Assembly (NCBI GenBank): GCA_036555785.1
Contig: DATBKP010000173.1
Coordinates: forward strand, 21,299 to 85,298
DNA from: Steroidobacteraceae bacterium
GTDB lineage: Bacteria > Pseudomonadota > Gammaproteobacteria > Steroidobacterales > Steroidobacteraceae
Direction: 5' to 3'
Length of the DNA: 64,000 bases
Part shown: piece by piece, positions 10,518 to 19,301 of the stretch
Position numbering within the stretch: position 1 is the stretch's first letter
Layout: each line of letters begins with the position of its first letter
Made by a program: the position numbers and the translations under genes
Notes under the pieces: generated by a model
Database searches by the model: none
What the model was told of the DNA's origin: nothing
The model's input: the letters and a program-made list of their open reading frames with translations, nothing else

Positions 10518-11233
10518 GCCAGGCCGCCCACATCGTGGTAGTGGATGACGATCACGAGATCCGCACGCTGCTCGCGGAGTATCTCCAGAAGAACGGACTG
10601 CGCGTGAGCGTGGCGCGCGACGGCAAGGAAATGCGCCGTGTGCTGGGCCGATCGCATGTCGACCTGATCGTGCTGGACGTGATGCTGCCGGGCGACGACG
10701 GGCTGACGCTGTGTCGCGAGCTGCGGGCGAGCTCGCAGGTGCCGATCATCATGCTCACCGCACGCAGCGAAGATGTCGATCGGATTCTCGGCCTCGAGCT
10801 CGGCGCCGACGACTACGTGCCGAAGCCGTTCAAGCCGCGCGAGCTGCTGGCACGCATTTCCGCCGTCCTGCGCCGTACGATCCACGTCGTGCGCGAGCCG
10901 CTGCCGGCGGCCGTTGCCGGCTATCGCTTCGCGGACTGGCGGCTCGACACCACCGGCCGCTCGCTGACGAACGACGATGGCACTGCCGTCCCGTTGTCGG
11001 GCGCCGAGTTTCGATTGCTGGCAGTGCTGCTGGCGCACGCCGGGCAGGTGCTTTCGCGCCAGCAACTGACCGATCTGCTGCGCGGCCGCGATCTCGATCC
11101 ATTCGATCGCAGCATCGACCAGCGAGTGAGCCGCCTGCGGCAGATCCTGCGCGACGACGCGCGTTCGCCGCGCATCATCAAGACCGTCTACGGGGAAGGC
11201 TACGTGATCGGCGTGCCGGTCGAGCCCAAATGA
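10514..11233 (+). CDS. OmpR-family response regulator (REC + winged-helix)
   Basis: IVVVDDD...DLIVLDVMLPGDDG receiver motifs. C-terminal winged helix (...TVYGEGYV). The true ATG at 10514 lies inside the longer track ORF 10226-11233. Confidence 0.95.
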   Translation: MSQAAHIVVVDDDHEIRTLLAEYLQKNGLRVSVARDGKEMRRVLGRSHVDLIVLDVMLPGDDGLTLCRELRASSQVPIIMLTARSEDVDRILGLELGADDYVPKPFKPRELLARISAVLRRTIHVVREPLPAAVAGYRFADWRLDTTGRSLTNDDGTAVPLSGAEFRLLAVLLAHAGQVLSRQQLTDLLRGRDLDPFDRSIDQRVSRLRQILRDDARSPRIIKTVYGEGYVIGVPVEPK

Positions 11234-12621
11234 CGACGCTGTCGGATCCGCTCGGGCGTTTGCTGCCGTCCACGATGTTCGGTCGTCTGGCGGCGGCGCT
11301 CGTGCTCGTCGTCGGAATCATGTTGGCCGTGATGCTGGCATTGGTCGTTCGGGATCGCGCCGAACTCAGCATGCGCGTCGGCGGCGTCGGCGATAGCGCG
11401 CATCGCATCGCTTATCTCACGCGCCAGCTCGAAGCGCTGCAGGGCGACGCACGTGCCACGGAGGTCCGCCGCCTAGCCGACGATGCCAGCCTGCGCGTCG
11501 AGCCGGATCGCTATCCCGGCAGAACATTGAACCGTCACGAAGTGGCTGCAATCGGCCGCGCGTTCGTTGCCGAGCTCAGGGACCGGCTCGGCGATCGTTA
11601 TCCGGTCACCGTGGATCGCATCCGGCGCGGCGCCCTGCGCCGGGATCTCATTCAGCTGGTACCGGAGCGACGCACTGCGGCCGGCACGAACGCGCTCGAC
11701 GTCTGGGTGCAGCTGCCCGATGGCGCTACGCTCATGTTCCGGGTCGCCGCGCCGCTGCCCGATCCGCCGCTGCCATGGTCGCTCTTCATCCAGATCGGCG
11801 TCCTGACCTGCGCGCTCGCCCTGGTCCTGTTCTTCGTGACACGCAGTATTACGCAGCCGTTGTCCATGCTCGCGCTCGCGGCCGATGCAGTCGGCAAGAG
11901 CGTGCGGCATCCGCCGCTGGTCGAGGAGGGCGTACGCGAAATCCGCGACGCCACGCGCGCGTTCAACACGATGCAGGATCGCCTGCTGCGCTATCTCGAC
12001 AGCCGCACCAGCGTTCTAGCGGCGATGTCGCACGATCTGCGTACGCCGCTGACGCGCCTGCGGCTGCGCGTCGAATCGGTGGCCGACGAGCGGCTGCACG
12101 CGCGCTTTTCGGCGGACCTGGACGAAATGGAGGCGCTGGTGTGGAGCGCGCTGGCGCTGTTCAAGGGCCTCGACGATGGCGAGAAGTTCGAGAGTGTCGA
12201 CGTGAACGCGCTGCTCGCTACGCTCGCCGCCGAGTATGCGGAGCTCGGCTCGCCGCTTGACGTTCAAGGCCAGGCGCGCGATCCGGTGCACGGCAAACCT
12301 CGCGCACTCAAGCGCTGCCTCGGTAATCTCGTCGACAACGCGCTGAAATTCGGTCAGCGGGCGACGATCGAGATCGAAGACGGGGCAGCGCTGCTCGTGC
12401 GCGTCTGCGACGACGGCCCGGGGATTCCGGAGGAGCTGCTCGAACGCGTATTCGAGCCATTCTACCGGCTCGACTCTTCGCGCAGCCGCGACACCGGCGG
12501 CACCGGCCTCGGCCTCTCGATCGCCCGCGACGTGGCGCAGGCCCACGCCGGCAGCCTCACGTTGCGCAATCGTCCCCAGGGTGGGCTGGTAGCGGAGCTG
12601 CAATTGCCGCGACGGGGCTGA
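11230..12621 (+). CDS. EnvZ-type sensor histidine kinase (2 TM, HAMP, HisKA, HATPase_c)
   Basis: ATG at 11230 overlaps the regulator stop (ATGA). H-box MSHDLRTPLTRL. N, G1 and G2 boxes present (NLVDNALKF, DDGPGIP, GGTGLGLSI). Confidence 0.9.
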   Translation: MTTLSDPLGRLLPSTMFGRLAAALVLVVGIMLAVMLALVVRDRAELSMRVGGVGDSAHRIAYLTRQLEALQGDARATEVRRLADDASLRVEPDRYPGRTLNRHEVAAIGRAFVAELRDRLGDRYPVTVDRIRRGALRRDLIQLVPERRTAAGTNALDVWVQLPDGATLMFRVAAPLPDPPLPWSLFIQIGVLTCALALVLFFVTRSITQPLSMLALAADAVGKSVRHPPLVEEGVREIRDATRAFNTMQDRLLRYLDSRTSVLAAMSHDLRTPLTRLRLRVESVADERLHARFSADLDEMEALVWSALALFKGLDDGEKFESVDVNALLATLAAEYAELGSPLDVQGQARDPVHGKPRALKRCLGNLVDNALKFGQRATIEIEDGAALLVRVCDDGPGIPEELLERVFEPFYRLDSSRSRDTGGTGLGLSIARDVAQAHAGSLTLRNRPQGGLVAELQLPRRG

Positions 12622-12624
12622 TGG

Positions 12625-13800
12625 TCAGCTGACCGCAAAGCTCCGCGACCGTTCGAGCGCACCGAACGCGATCAGCATCAGCGCAGCCAATCCGGCCAGT
12701 CCCCAGGGGATGATTGTCACGCCATAGTGCTCGCCGAGCACGCCAATGAGCGTCGGTGCGAGCGTCAGGCCGACGGCCGCCGACGCGATCTGTACGCCGA
12801 TTGCATTGGCGCCATGCCGGGCTCCGAGCCTGCGCGGCGTTTCCGCTATCAACCACGGGAAGATCGGCCCGCACGCAAAGCCGATGACTGCGCTGGCAGC
12901 GATCCCAGCGAGCGAATGCGACACGAGGGTCAAGCCGAGTGCTGCAAGCAAGCAGACGCTCATGCACGCTGCCAGCCATCGCGCTACGGGTCCGGCAACC
13001 TGCACCAGCCCGAACACGATGCGGGCGGCCATCAGCGAAGCCCAGAAGACACTCACTGCTGTGCCCGCCGATGCGGTGCCGATCTCGTGCCCTTCGTGCA
13101 GCAGTGTGTAGAGCCACGCGCCACTCGATGCTTCGAGGCCGCAATACAGGATGAACACGGTGGCACTGAGTGCGGTTGCGCGCAGTCGCAGCGTTTCCAG
13201 CAGCGACGCACGAGTCGCTTGAGCGTCGCCATCGCCGCTTTCGGCGGGCCAGAGATGGCGGCTCGCCACGAAGCCGCAGGCCAGCAAGAGTTGCGCGATG
13301 CCGACGAAGAGGTAGCCGCGCTGCCAGCCTGCACCGAACAGCAGCACAGCAGTCATCAATGCTGGACCGATCGTCGTACCCAGGCCGTAGAACGCGTGCA
13401 GCAAGTTGACTGTGCGTGCCGAATAGCTGTGCGCCGCGAAACTGTTCAGTGCGCTGTCGATGGCGCCCGCACCCAGTCCTGCGAGCACGCCGAACGCAAC
13501 GACGATCGCCCAGTGCGGCGCGACCGAGTACGCGATCATCGCGACTGACGTTGCCGCGCATGAAAGCGCCAGCAGCGTGCCGAGGCGCATGTGACGCAGC
13601 ACAGCGCCGCTGAGAAAGCTGGACGTGACATAGCCGGCGGTTGTGGAGATGAACAGCGAGCCCAGCGCAGCTAGCGGCAACCCGAACGACCGTCGCATCG
13701 ACGGCCACGCGACACCGAGCAGACCGTCGGGCAGCCCGAGGCTGATGAAGGCGACGAAGGCGAGCGCGAGCAGCAGGCGTGGGCGTGCAGCCATCCTCAT
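12625..13800 (-). CDS. MFS transporter
   Basis: ATG at 13800 (MRMAARPRLLLALAFVAFISLG...). About 12 hydrophobic segments. The upstream ~700 codons of track ORF 12625-15915 are a shadow extension across LysR and SDR. Confidence 0.85.
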   Translation of the reverse strand: MRMAARPRLLLALAFVAFISLGLPDGLLGVAWPSMRRSFGLPLAALGSLFISTTAGYVTSSFLSGAVLRHMRLGTLLALSCAATSVAMIAYSVAPHWAIVVAFGVLAGLGAGAIDSALNSFAAHSYSARTVNLLHAFYGLGTTIGPALMTAVLLFGAGWQRGYLFVGIAQLLLACGFVASRHLWPAESGDGDAQATRASLLETLRLRATALSATVFILYCGLEASSGAWLYTLLHEGHEIGTASAGTAVSVFWASLMAARIVFGLVQVAGPVARWLAACMSVCLLAALGLTLVSHSLAGIAASAVIGFACGPIFPWLIAETPRRLGARHGANAIGVQIASAAVGLTLAPTLIGVLGEHYGVTIIPWGLAGLAALMLIAFGALERSRSFAVS

Positions 13801-14693
13801 GCTTCGCCGCGCGCGGCGAACTCCCGAGCGGCCCAGTCGATGAAGGCGCGCACGCGCGGTGAGAGCTGCCGATTGCGCGGATACAGCAATGAGACCGGAA
13901 CCGACGGCGGCGGAAATTCCGTCAGCACGGGCACCAGCGTGCCGCGCTCGAAGTCGCCGACGCCGTGGAAGCGCGGAATCTGCACGAGCCCGAGCCCGAG
14001 TCGCGCGGTCGCGAGATAGCTCTCGGTGCCAGTCACGGACATCGTTGCCGGCAGCGTCACGTGCCGCAGATTCCGTTCGACTACGAATTCCAGCGGTCGC
14101 AGGTTGCCCGTCGTCAGCGAGCGCAGGCCGATCATGCGATGACCGTCGAGCGAGTCGATGCTGGTCGGCGTGCCGAAGCGTTCGAGGTAAGAGGGCGCCG
14201 CGCAAGTCAGTCTCGTCAGCGTCACTACGCGGCGCGCGACCAGGTCGCTGTCGGGAAGATTGCCGAAGCGCAGCACGCAGTCGATGCCTTCGCGCACCAG
14301 ATCGATCCAGCGCTCGCCCTCGCTCATCGACAACTCGACCTCCGGATACGCAGCGAAGAACGACGGCAGGCTCGGCACGATGAAGTGCCGCGCGAGTGTG
14401 CCCTGCACGTCCACCCGCAGCAGTCCCTTCGGCTTCACGCCGGCGAACGCGCTTTCCGCGTCTTCGAGGTCCGCGAGCAGTGCGAGGCAGCGGCGGTAGT
14501 AGGCTTCGCCGTCGAGCGTCGGGCTCACATGGCGCGTCGTTCTTTGCAGGAGCCGCACCCCGAGTCGTGCTTCGAGCTGCTTGATCGCATCGGTCACGGT
14601 GGAGCGCGGCAGATTCAGGTCCTGCGCCGTCAGCGTGAAGCTGCGGCGCTCGACCACCCGCGTGAACACCCTCATTTCCCCGAAGCGGTCCAT
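13797..14693 (-). CDS. LysR-family transcriptional regulator
   Basis: N-terminal wHTH (MRVFTRVVERRSFTLTAQDLNLPRSTVTDAIKQLEARLGVRLLQRTTR) plus a LysR substrate-binding domain. The stop overlaps the MFS start by 4 nt. Confidence 0.95.
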   Translation of the reverse strand: MDRFGEMRVFTRVVERRSFTLTAQDLNLPRSTVTDAIKQLEARLGVRLLQRTTRHVSPTLDGEAYYRRCLALLADLEDAESAFAGVKPKGLLRVDVQGTLARHFIVPSLPSFFAAYPEVELSMSEGERWIDLVREGIDCVLRFGNLPDSDLVARRVVTLTRLTCAAPSYLERFGTPTSIDSLDGHRMIGLRSLTTGNLRPLEFVVERNLRHVTLPATMSVTGTESYLATARLGLGLVQIPRFHGVGDFERGTLVPVLTEFPPPSVPVSLLYPRNRQLSPRVRAFIDWAAREFAARGEA

Positions 14694-14712
14694 TGCTGTC
14701 TCTGACCCCTAT

Positions 14713-14731
14713 TGTTCGGTGATGTCGAACA
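14713..14731. promoter_or_regulatory. Dyad TGTTCG-N7-CGAACA in the LysR/SDR divergent intergenic region (candidate LysR operator)
   Basis: Read directly: TGTTCG at 14713-14718 and CGAACA at 14726-14731. It sits between divergent genes, where LysR boxes usually lie. Confidence 0.3.
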
Positions 14732-14829
14732 GTGTTCTCGAATGCTGCTGGATTATCCGGCCGAACAAAAGAGTCATAGTCGCGGCCACGTCGGGCCCTC
14801 GGGGCTCCATCAACGGGTAGGGCACACCA

Positions 14830-15570
14830 ATGACTAGTAAAATCAACAAGGTAGCGCTCGTGACGGGCGCTTCGCGCGGCATCGGCGCGGCGGTGGCGGA
14901 GCGGCTTGCCCGTGACGGGTTCACGGTCGTCGTGAACTACGCCGGCAGCCAGGCGGCGGCCGAAGCGCTGGTTCGCAGGATCGAAGCCGCGGGCGGCCGG
15001 GCGCTCGCCGCTCAGGGCGACGTCGCCAACCCGGACGCGGTGAAGCGGATATTCGATGCCGCTGAAGCGGCCTTCGGCGGCGTGGACGTTCTCGTGAACA
15101 ACGCCGGGATCATGTCGCTGGCGCCGCTCGCGCAGAGCGACGATGCGATGTTCGATCGCCACATCGCCGTGAATCTGAAGGGCAGCTTCAACACGATGCG
15201 TGAAGCCGCGCGCCGTCTGCGCAACGGCGGTCGGGTCATCAACTTCTCCTCCAGCGTCGTCGGTCTGCTGCAGCCGACGTACGGCGTCTACGCCGGCACC
15301 AAAGCGGCGATCGAAGCGATGACGGGCGTACTGGCGAAGGAGATGCGCGGGCGCGGCATCACCGTGAACGCGATTGCTCCCGGCCCGACCGCGACCGATC
15401 TCTTTCTCGACGGCAAGTCGCCCGAGCTGGTCGAACGGCTTGCGAAGCTGGCGCCGCTCGAGCGGCTCGGCAAGCCGGAGGACATCGCGGCCGCAGTCGC
15501 CTTCCTCGCCGGTCCCGACGGCGCGTGGATCAACGGCCAGACGCTGCGCGCCAACGGCGGAATCATCTGA
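14830..15570 (+). CDS. SDR-family oxidoreductase
   Basis: TGASRGIGAA cofactor motif, NNAG, and catalytic YAGTKAA (YxxxK). Confidence 0.95.
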   Translation: MTSKINKVALVTGASRGIGAAVAERLARDGFTVVVNYAGSQAAAEALVRRIEAAGGRALAAQGDVANPDAVKRIFDAAEAAFGGVDVLVNNAGIMSLAPLAQSDDAMFDRHIAVNLKGSFNTMREAARRLRNGGRVINFSSSVVGLLQPTYGVYAGTKAAIEAMTGVLAKEMRGRGITVNAIAPGPTATDLFLDGKSPELVERLAKLAPLERLGKPEDIAAAVAFLAGPDGAWINGQTLRANGGII

Positions 15571-15578
15571 ACGAATAC

Positions 15579-15980
15579 TCAGCCGCTGCGCGGCGTCAGG
15601 AACTCGCAGCGGGTCCCTTTGACCTTCGCAAGGCGCTCGTCGAACGTTGCCAACGGCAACTGGAGCGCCTCCGCGAGTGCGACGTACCAGGCGTCGTAGC
15701 TGGTAAGGTTGTGGCGCAACTCCCAGGCGCGCTTGGCGAAGGGCTCGAAGGAGAACAGCTCGACGTTGAGCTGCATCAGGTCTTCGTGCGCCGCGTTCAC
15801 TTCTGCAGTCGCGATCTGCCTGGCCAGCTCGAGCCGGCGCAGGACGTTCGTCGCTTCGGCGAGCGCGAGCTCCGGCGCGTGCAGAGCGCCGCGCGCAACG
15901 ATTGCCCTGGCCCACTCGCCATCCGGCCCTGCATCGATCAGCGCTCTGACGAGCACCGACGCGTCGACGACGGCGCTCAA
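15579..15980 (-). CDS. vapC: PIN-domain toxin, VapC-like
   Basis: N-terminal VVDASVLV with conserved acidic positions. TTG start overlaps the antitoxin stop (TTGA at 15977-15980). Confidence 0.8.
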   Translation of the reverse strand: MSAVVDASVLVRALIDAGPDGEWARAIVARGALHAPELALAEATNVLRRLELARQIATAEVNAAHEDLMQLNVELFSFEPFAKRAWELRHNLTSYDAWYVALAEALQLPLATFDERLAKVKGTRCEFLTPRSG

Positions 15981-16213
15981 CGGCGGTCAGCGTCGCGCGC
16001 TTTCAGGATTTGCGCGGTGGAGACGCGCGTCTGCGACGCGCGCAATCTCTTTCGCACCTGCTCCAGCCACGCCTCCATGGAAGGCCGCGCCGCCATTCGT
16101 TGGAGCTCCATGCGTAGATACTCCTGCATCGACTTTCCCTGTAACGCGGCCCGTGCGGCGAGCTCATCCCGCACCTTCTCGGGCACATCGCGAATCGTGA
16201 TCTGCACAGCCAT
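15977..16213 (-). CDS. vapB: Ribbon-helix-helix antitoxin, FitA/VapB-like
   Basis: MAVQITIRDVPEKVRDELAARAALQGKSMQEYLR is a typical RHH N-terminus. It lies immediately upstream of the PIN gene. Confidence 0.8.
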   Translation of the reverse strand: MAVQITIRDVPEKVRDELAARAALQGKSMQEYLRMELQRMAARPSMEAWLEQVRKRLRASQTRVSTAQILKARDADRR

Positions 16214-16272
16214 GCTGGCATAATGCCAGCACGGCCAGCAGTCTGCAAACTAGCGGTTTGCCTGGAGATGAA

Positions 16273-17820
16273 TCATTTTCCGTTGGCGTCGATGAACGCC
16301 TTGATCGTATCGCTGAACTTCTGTTGCGAGCCCGGATGCACGTACATCATGTGCCCGGCCTCGTAGTACTCGATGTCGACGTTCTTGCGCAGCTCCGGCG
16401 TGATCGTCAGATGGTCGATCGCATCCTTCACCGTGCCGTACGGACAGGCGAGATCGAAGTAGCCCGACTGCACCAGCACTTTCATCTTCGGATTCATCGT
16501 CATCGCGTACGAGAGGTCGGGCAGCACGTTGGCGTACGGCACCTTGCGGCCGTTCGAATCCGGCTGCACGTGGCCGAGATCCCAGTCCTTGTAGAGCTGC
16601 GCCGAGAGCTCGTACTTCAGATCCGAGACCACGTTCAGCTCGCGGCGGGCGTAGTCGTTGTACGTGGCGACGATCGCCGGGGCGACGGCGCTCGCGTACG
16701 GATCGAACGCGGTCGTCTCTGCGATGCGGCTCGGCATGCCGGCGGCAAAGCGCGAGTCGATGCGTCCGATAGTCTGGCCCTGGGCGCGCATGAGCTCCTG
16801 CAGGAAGTGGTTCTCATCCATGCGCAGATTGGCTGCGTCCCAGTACGTCGCGCTCACACCGGTGTAGCGCGCCAGGCCGTCGAGCGCGGCCTTGCGCTCC
16901 TCCGCGGTCGCCCGCGCGCCCTTGTACAGCACGGGTCGATAGACGCTATCGACCCATTGGTCGACTTCGCCGAGGAACGGCAGCAGTTCCGCCGGCTGCG
17001 GGCTGAGCGCCTTGTGATACCACGCGGTCGCCGCGTAAGTAGAGATGAAGTTGGCATCGCCCGCGTCGGTGTTGCCGCCCGCGGTGCCGGTGACGTAGTC
17101 CAGGTACGGCGAGACCAGAATGATCCCGTTCAACGCGACGTTGTGGCGCGTCAGCAGGTCGTAGGTGACGCCGCCGGTGCGAATGCCGCCGTAGCTTTCG
17201 CCGAGGATGAATTTCGGGCTGCCCCAGCGGCTGTACTCGCCGAGATAGCGCACGATGAAGTCGGAGACGGAGTGGATGTCGTTGTCGACGCCCCAGAACT
17301 GCTTGCCTTCGGCCTTGCCGACCGGGCGCGAGAAGCCGGTGCCGACCGGATCGATCAGCACCAGGTCGGCGCGATCGAGGAGGCTGTACTCGTTGTCGAC
17401 CAGCTTGAACGGACCGCGCGTATTGCTCGCGAGGTCCTCGAGCACGGCGCGGCGCGGGCCGAGAATGCCCATGTGCAGCCACGCCGACGCGGAGCCCGGC
17501 CCGCCGTTGTATGCAAACACGATGGGGCGCGTGCGCGCGTCCTGGCCCTGGCGCACGTAGGCGGTGAAGCCGAACAGGGCGATGGGCTCGTCCTTGTCGT
17601 TCTTCATCATCAGCGTGCCGGTCGTCGCCTCGTAGTCGACGGCTTTGCCGCCGAGCTTGATCTGGTGCTTCGACGTCCACACCTTCGGTTCCGGGATCGG
17701 CTTCTCTTCTTTCTTCTCCTGTTTGTCCTGCTCGGGCGGCGGTTCGTCAGCAGCGAGCGTGACCGCGGGCGCGGCGAAGCAGAGCAGGGCAGCGAGGGCG
17801 ACGGGTGCGGAAAGTCTCAT
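16273..17820 (-). CDS. Secreted S10-family serine carboxypeptidase-like peptidase
   Basis: ATG at 17820 with signal peptide MRLSAPVALAALLCFAAPAVTLA. Catalytic-serine motif GESYGG. Confidence 0.85.
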   Translation of the reverse strand: MRLSAPVALAALLCFAAPAVTLAADEPPPEQDKQEKKEEKPIPEPKVWTSKHQIKLGGKAVDYEATTGTLMMKNDKDEPIALFGFTAYVRQGQDARTRPIVFAYNGGPGSASAWLHMGILGPRRAVLEDLASNTRGPFKLVDNEYSLLDRADLVLIDPVGTGFSRPVGKAEGKQFWGVDNDIHSVSDFIVRYLGEYSRWGSPKFILGESYGGIRTGGVTYDLLTRHNVALNGIILVSPYLDYVTGTAGGNTDAGDANFISTYAATAWYHKALSPQPAELLPFLGEVDQWVDSVYRPVLYKGARATAEERKAALDGLARYTGVSATYWDAANLRMDENHFLQELMRAQGQTIGRIDSRFAAGMPSRIAETTAFDPYASAVAPAIVATYNDYARRELNVVSDLKYELSAQLYKDWDLGHVQPDSNGRKVPYANVLPDLSYAMTMNPKMKVLVQSGYFDLACPYGTVKDAIDHLTITPELRKNVDIEYYEAGHMMYVHPGSQQKFSDTIKAFIDANGK

Positions 17821-17867
17821 GGCGCGGTCCACTCCAGCGTGATTCACGGGGAGCGGCGAGTATACGG

Positions 17868-18563
17868 TCAGCCCGCGATCGTCTGCGACAGCGCACGCTC
17901 GTTCGTGATCTGGATGGCGCCGTAACGGATGCGGATGCAGCCGCGCGCGACGAAGCGGCGCAGGATGGGCCCGACCGAGTTGCGCGACAGGTTGGCGAGC
18001 TGCCCGAGCTTGTCCTGGCTCAGATAGATCGGCGACGGCTTGCTCGATGCAAAGACGCGATTGCGCACACCGGACAGTCGCAGCAGCACGGCCGCCGTGC
18101 GCTTCGCGGGATCGCGCAGGAGCACGTCCGCTGCAAAGCCGACGCTGAGCTCGGTCGTCATCACGCTCATCAGCGCAATCCAGCGCCATGCCGACGGATC
18201 GTCCTCGAGAATCGCATGGCACGCGGACAGCGGCAGCGTCGCCAGCGTCGATGGCCGTGACGCGATTACGGTCACGAGCCGCGTGGTGCCGATGATCAAC
18301 GGCCCCTCACCGAACCAGAACCCCGGAGTGCCGAAGTACAGCAGGTGCGGCGCTGTTTCCTGCGGCGGCCACTCGATCTCCACGGCGCCCTTGACGACTG
18401 CCCACAGGCCGCCGGGCGCGTCGCCGGCGCGATACACCGCCTCGCTCTTCTCGAACTCTCGCAGCCGCAGCCGCGACAACACCTGCGCGCGGAAACGCGG
18501 CGATGTGAACGAGAGCCAGCCATGATCGGCAAGGAGCGCGCTCGCGCCCGGTTTCTTGGCCAT
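17868..18563 (-). CDS. Crp/Fnr-family transcriptional regulator
   Basis: cNMP-binding-like beta-roll (GLWAVVKGAVEIE). C-terminal HTH (SQDKLGQLANLSRNSVGPILRRF). Confidence 0.85.
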   Translation of the reverse strand: MAKKPGASALLADHGWLSFTSPRFRAQVLSRLRLREFEKSEAVYRAGDAPGGLWAVVKGAVEIEWPPQETAPHLLYFGTPGFWFGEGPLIIGTTRLVTVIASRPSTLATLPLSACHAILEDDPSAWRWIALMSVMTTELSVGFAADVLLRDPAKRTAAVLLRLSGVRNRVFASSKPSPIYLSQDKLGQLANLSRNSVGPILRRFVARGCIRIRYGAIQITNERALSQTIAG

Positions 18564-18671
18564 GACAAGTCAACTGCACAAGCGTGTGCAGTCCTCAGTA
18601 ACCCATAGTGATACAAAAAGCTCAAGAGCGCGCCGCTGCGAGCCGCGCGTCCAGAAACAGGGGATTTCCAG

Positions 18672-19301
18672 ATGACTCGACCAGGCAGGCGCGCCCGCGC
18701 GTCCGCGCTTCTCTTTTGTCTGTGCTGGGTGGCGAGCACGCACGCTACCACAGTGCGGCCGATGAACATTCTCGACCTGATCGACCGCGCCGAGACCATC
18801 GTCGCCGGCCGCGTCGAGAGCGTGAGCGACGGCTTCACGGCCGCGGGCATGCCCTACACCGAAGTGACCGTGCGCGTGATCGATCGCTTTCGCGGCGCCC
18901 AGGCCGGAACTTTGACGTTCCGCCAATTTGGCCTGAGTGCGCCCCGCACTCTGCCGAACGGCAAGGTCTACCTGGGTGGCCGCCCCGATGGCTGGCCGAT
19001 CTGGAACGTCGGCGAAGTCAGCCTGCTGTTCCTCTACCCCAAGGCGCGCGTCACCGGATTTCAAACGACCGTCGGGCTCGGGTACGGCAAGCTCGGCATG
19101 GGCAACGGCGTCGCCGTCAATGCTTATGACAATGTCGGACTGTTCGCCAACGCGCAGCTCGAGCGCAGCCGCCTGAGCGCGGACGAGCAGAAGATGTTCG
19201 ACGCCAAGAACGGGCCGGTGAACAGCGACACGTTGCGCAACTTCATTCGTCGCGCAGCCGCCGAACGGCCGGCGCCGGGGAGCACCAGCAATGCGCGCTA
19301 A
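18672..19301 (+). CDS. Secreted hypothetical protein, translationally overlapped with the downstream metzincin
   Basis: ATG at 18672 with a signal-like N-terminus (RRARASALLFCLCWVASTHA). No motif recognised. The 3' end overlaps the next ATG by 11 nt. Confidence 0.55.
   Translation: MTRPGRRARASALLFCLCWVASTHATTVRPMNILDLIDRAETIVAGRVESVSDGFTAAGMPYTEVTVRVIDRFRGAQAGTLTFRQFGLSAPRTLPNGKVYLGGRPDGWPIWNVGEVSLLFLYPKARVTGFQTTVGLGYGKLGMGNGVAVNAYDNVGLFANAQLERSRLSADEQKMFDAKNGPVNSDTLRNFIRRAAAERPAPGSTSNAR

Noticed and set aside
13801-15915. N-terminal ~700 codons of the 1096-aa track ORF 12625-15915
   Set aside because: Only the last 391 codons look like a protein (an MFS transporter starting at ATG 13800). 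The extension runs antisense or out of frame through the well-supported LysR, SDR and VapC genes.
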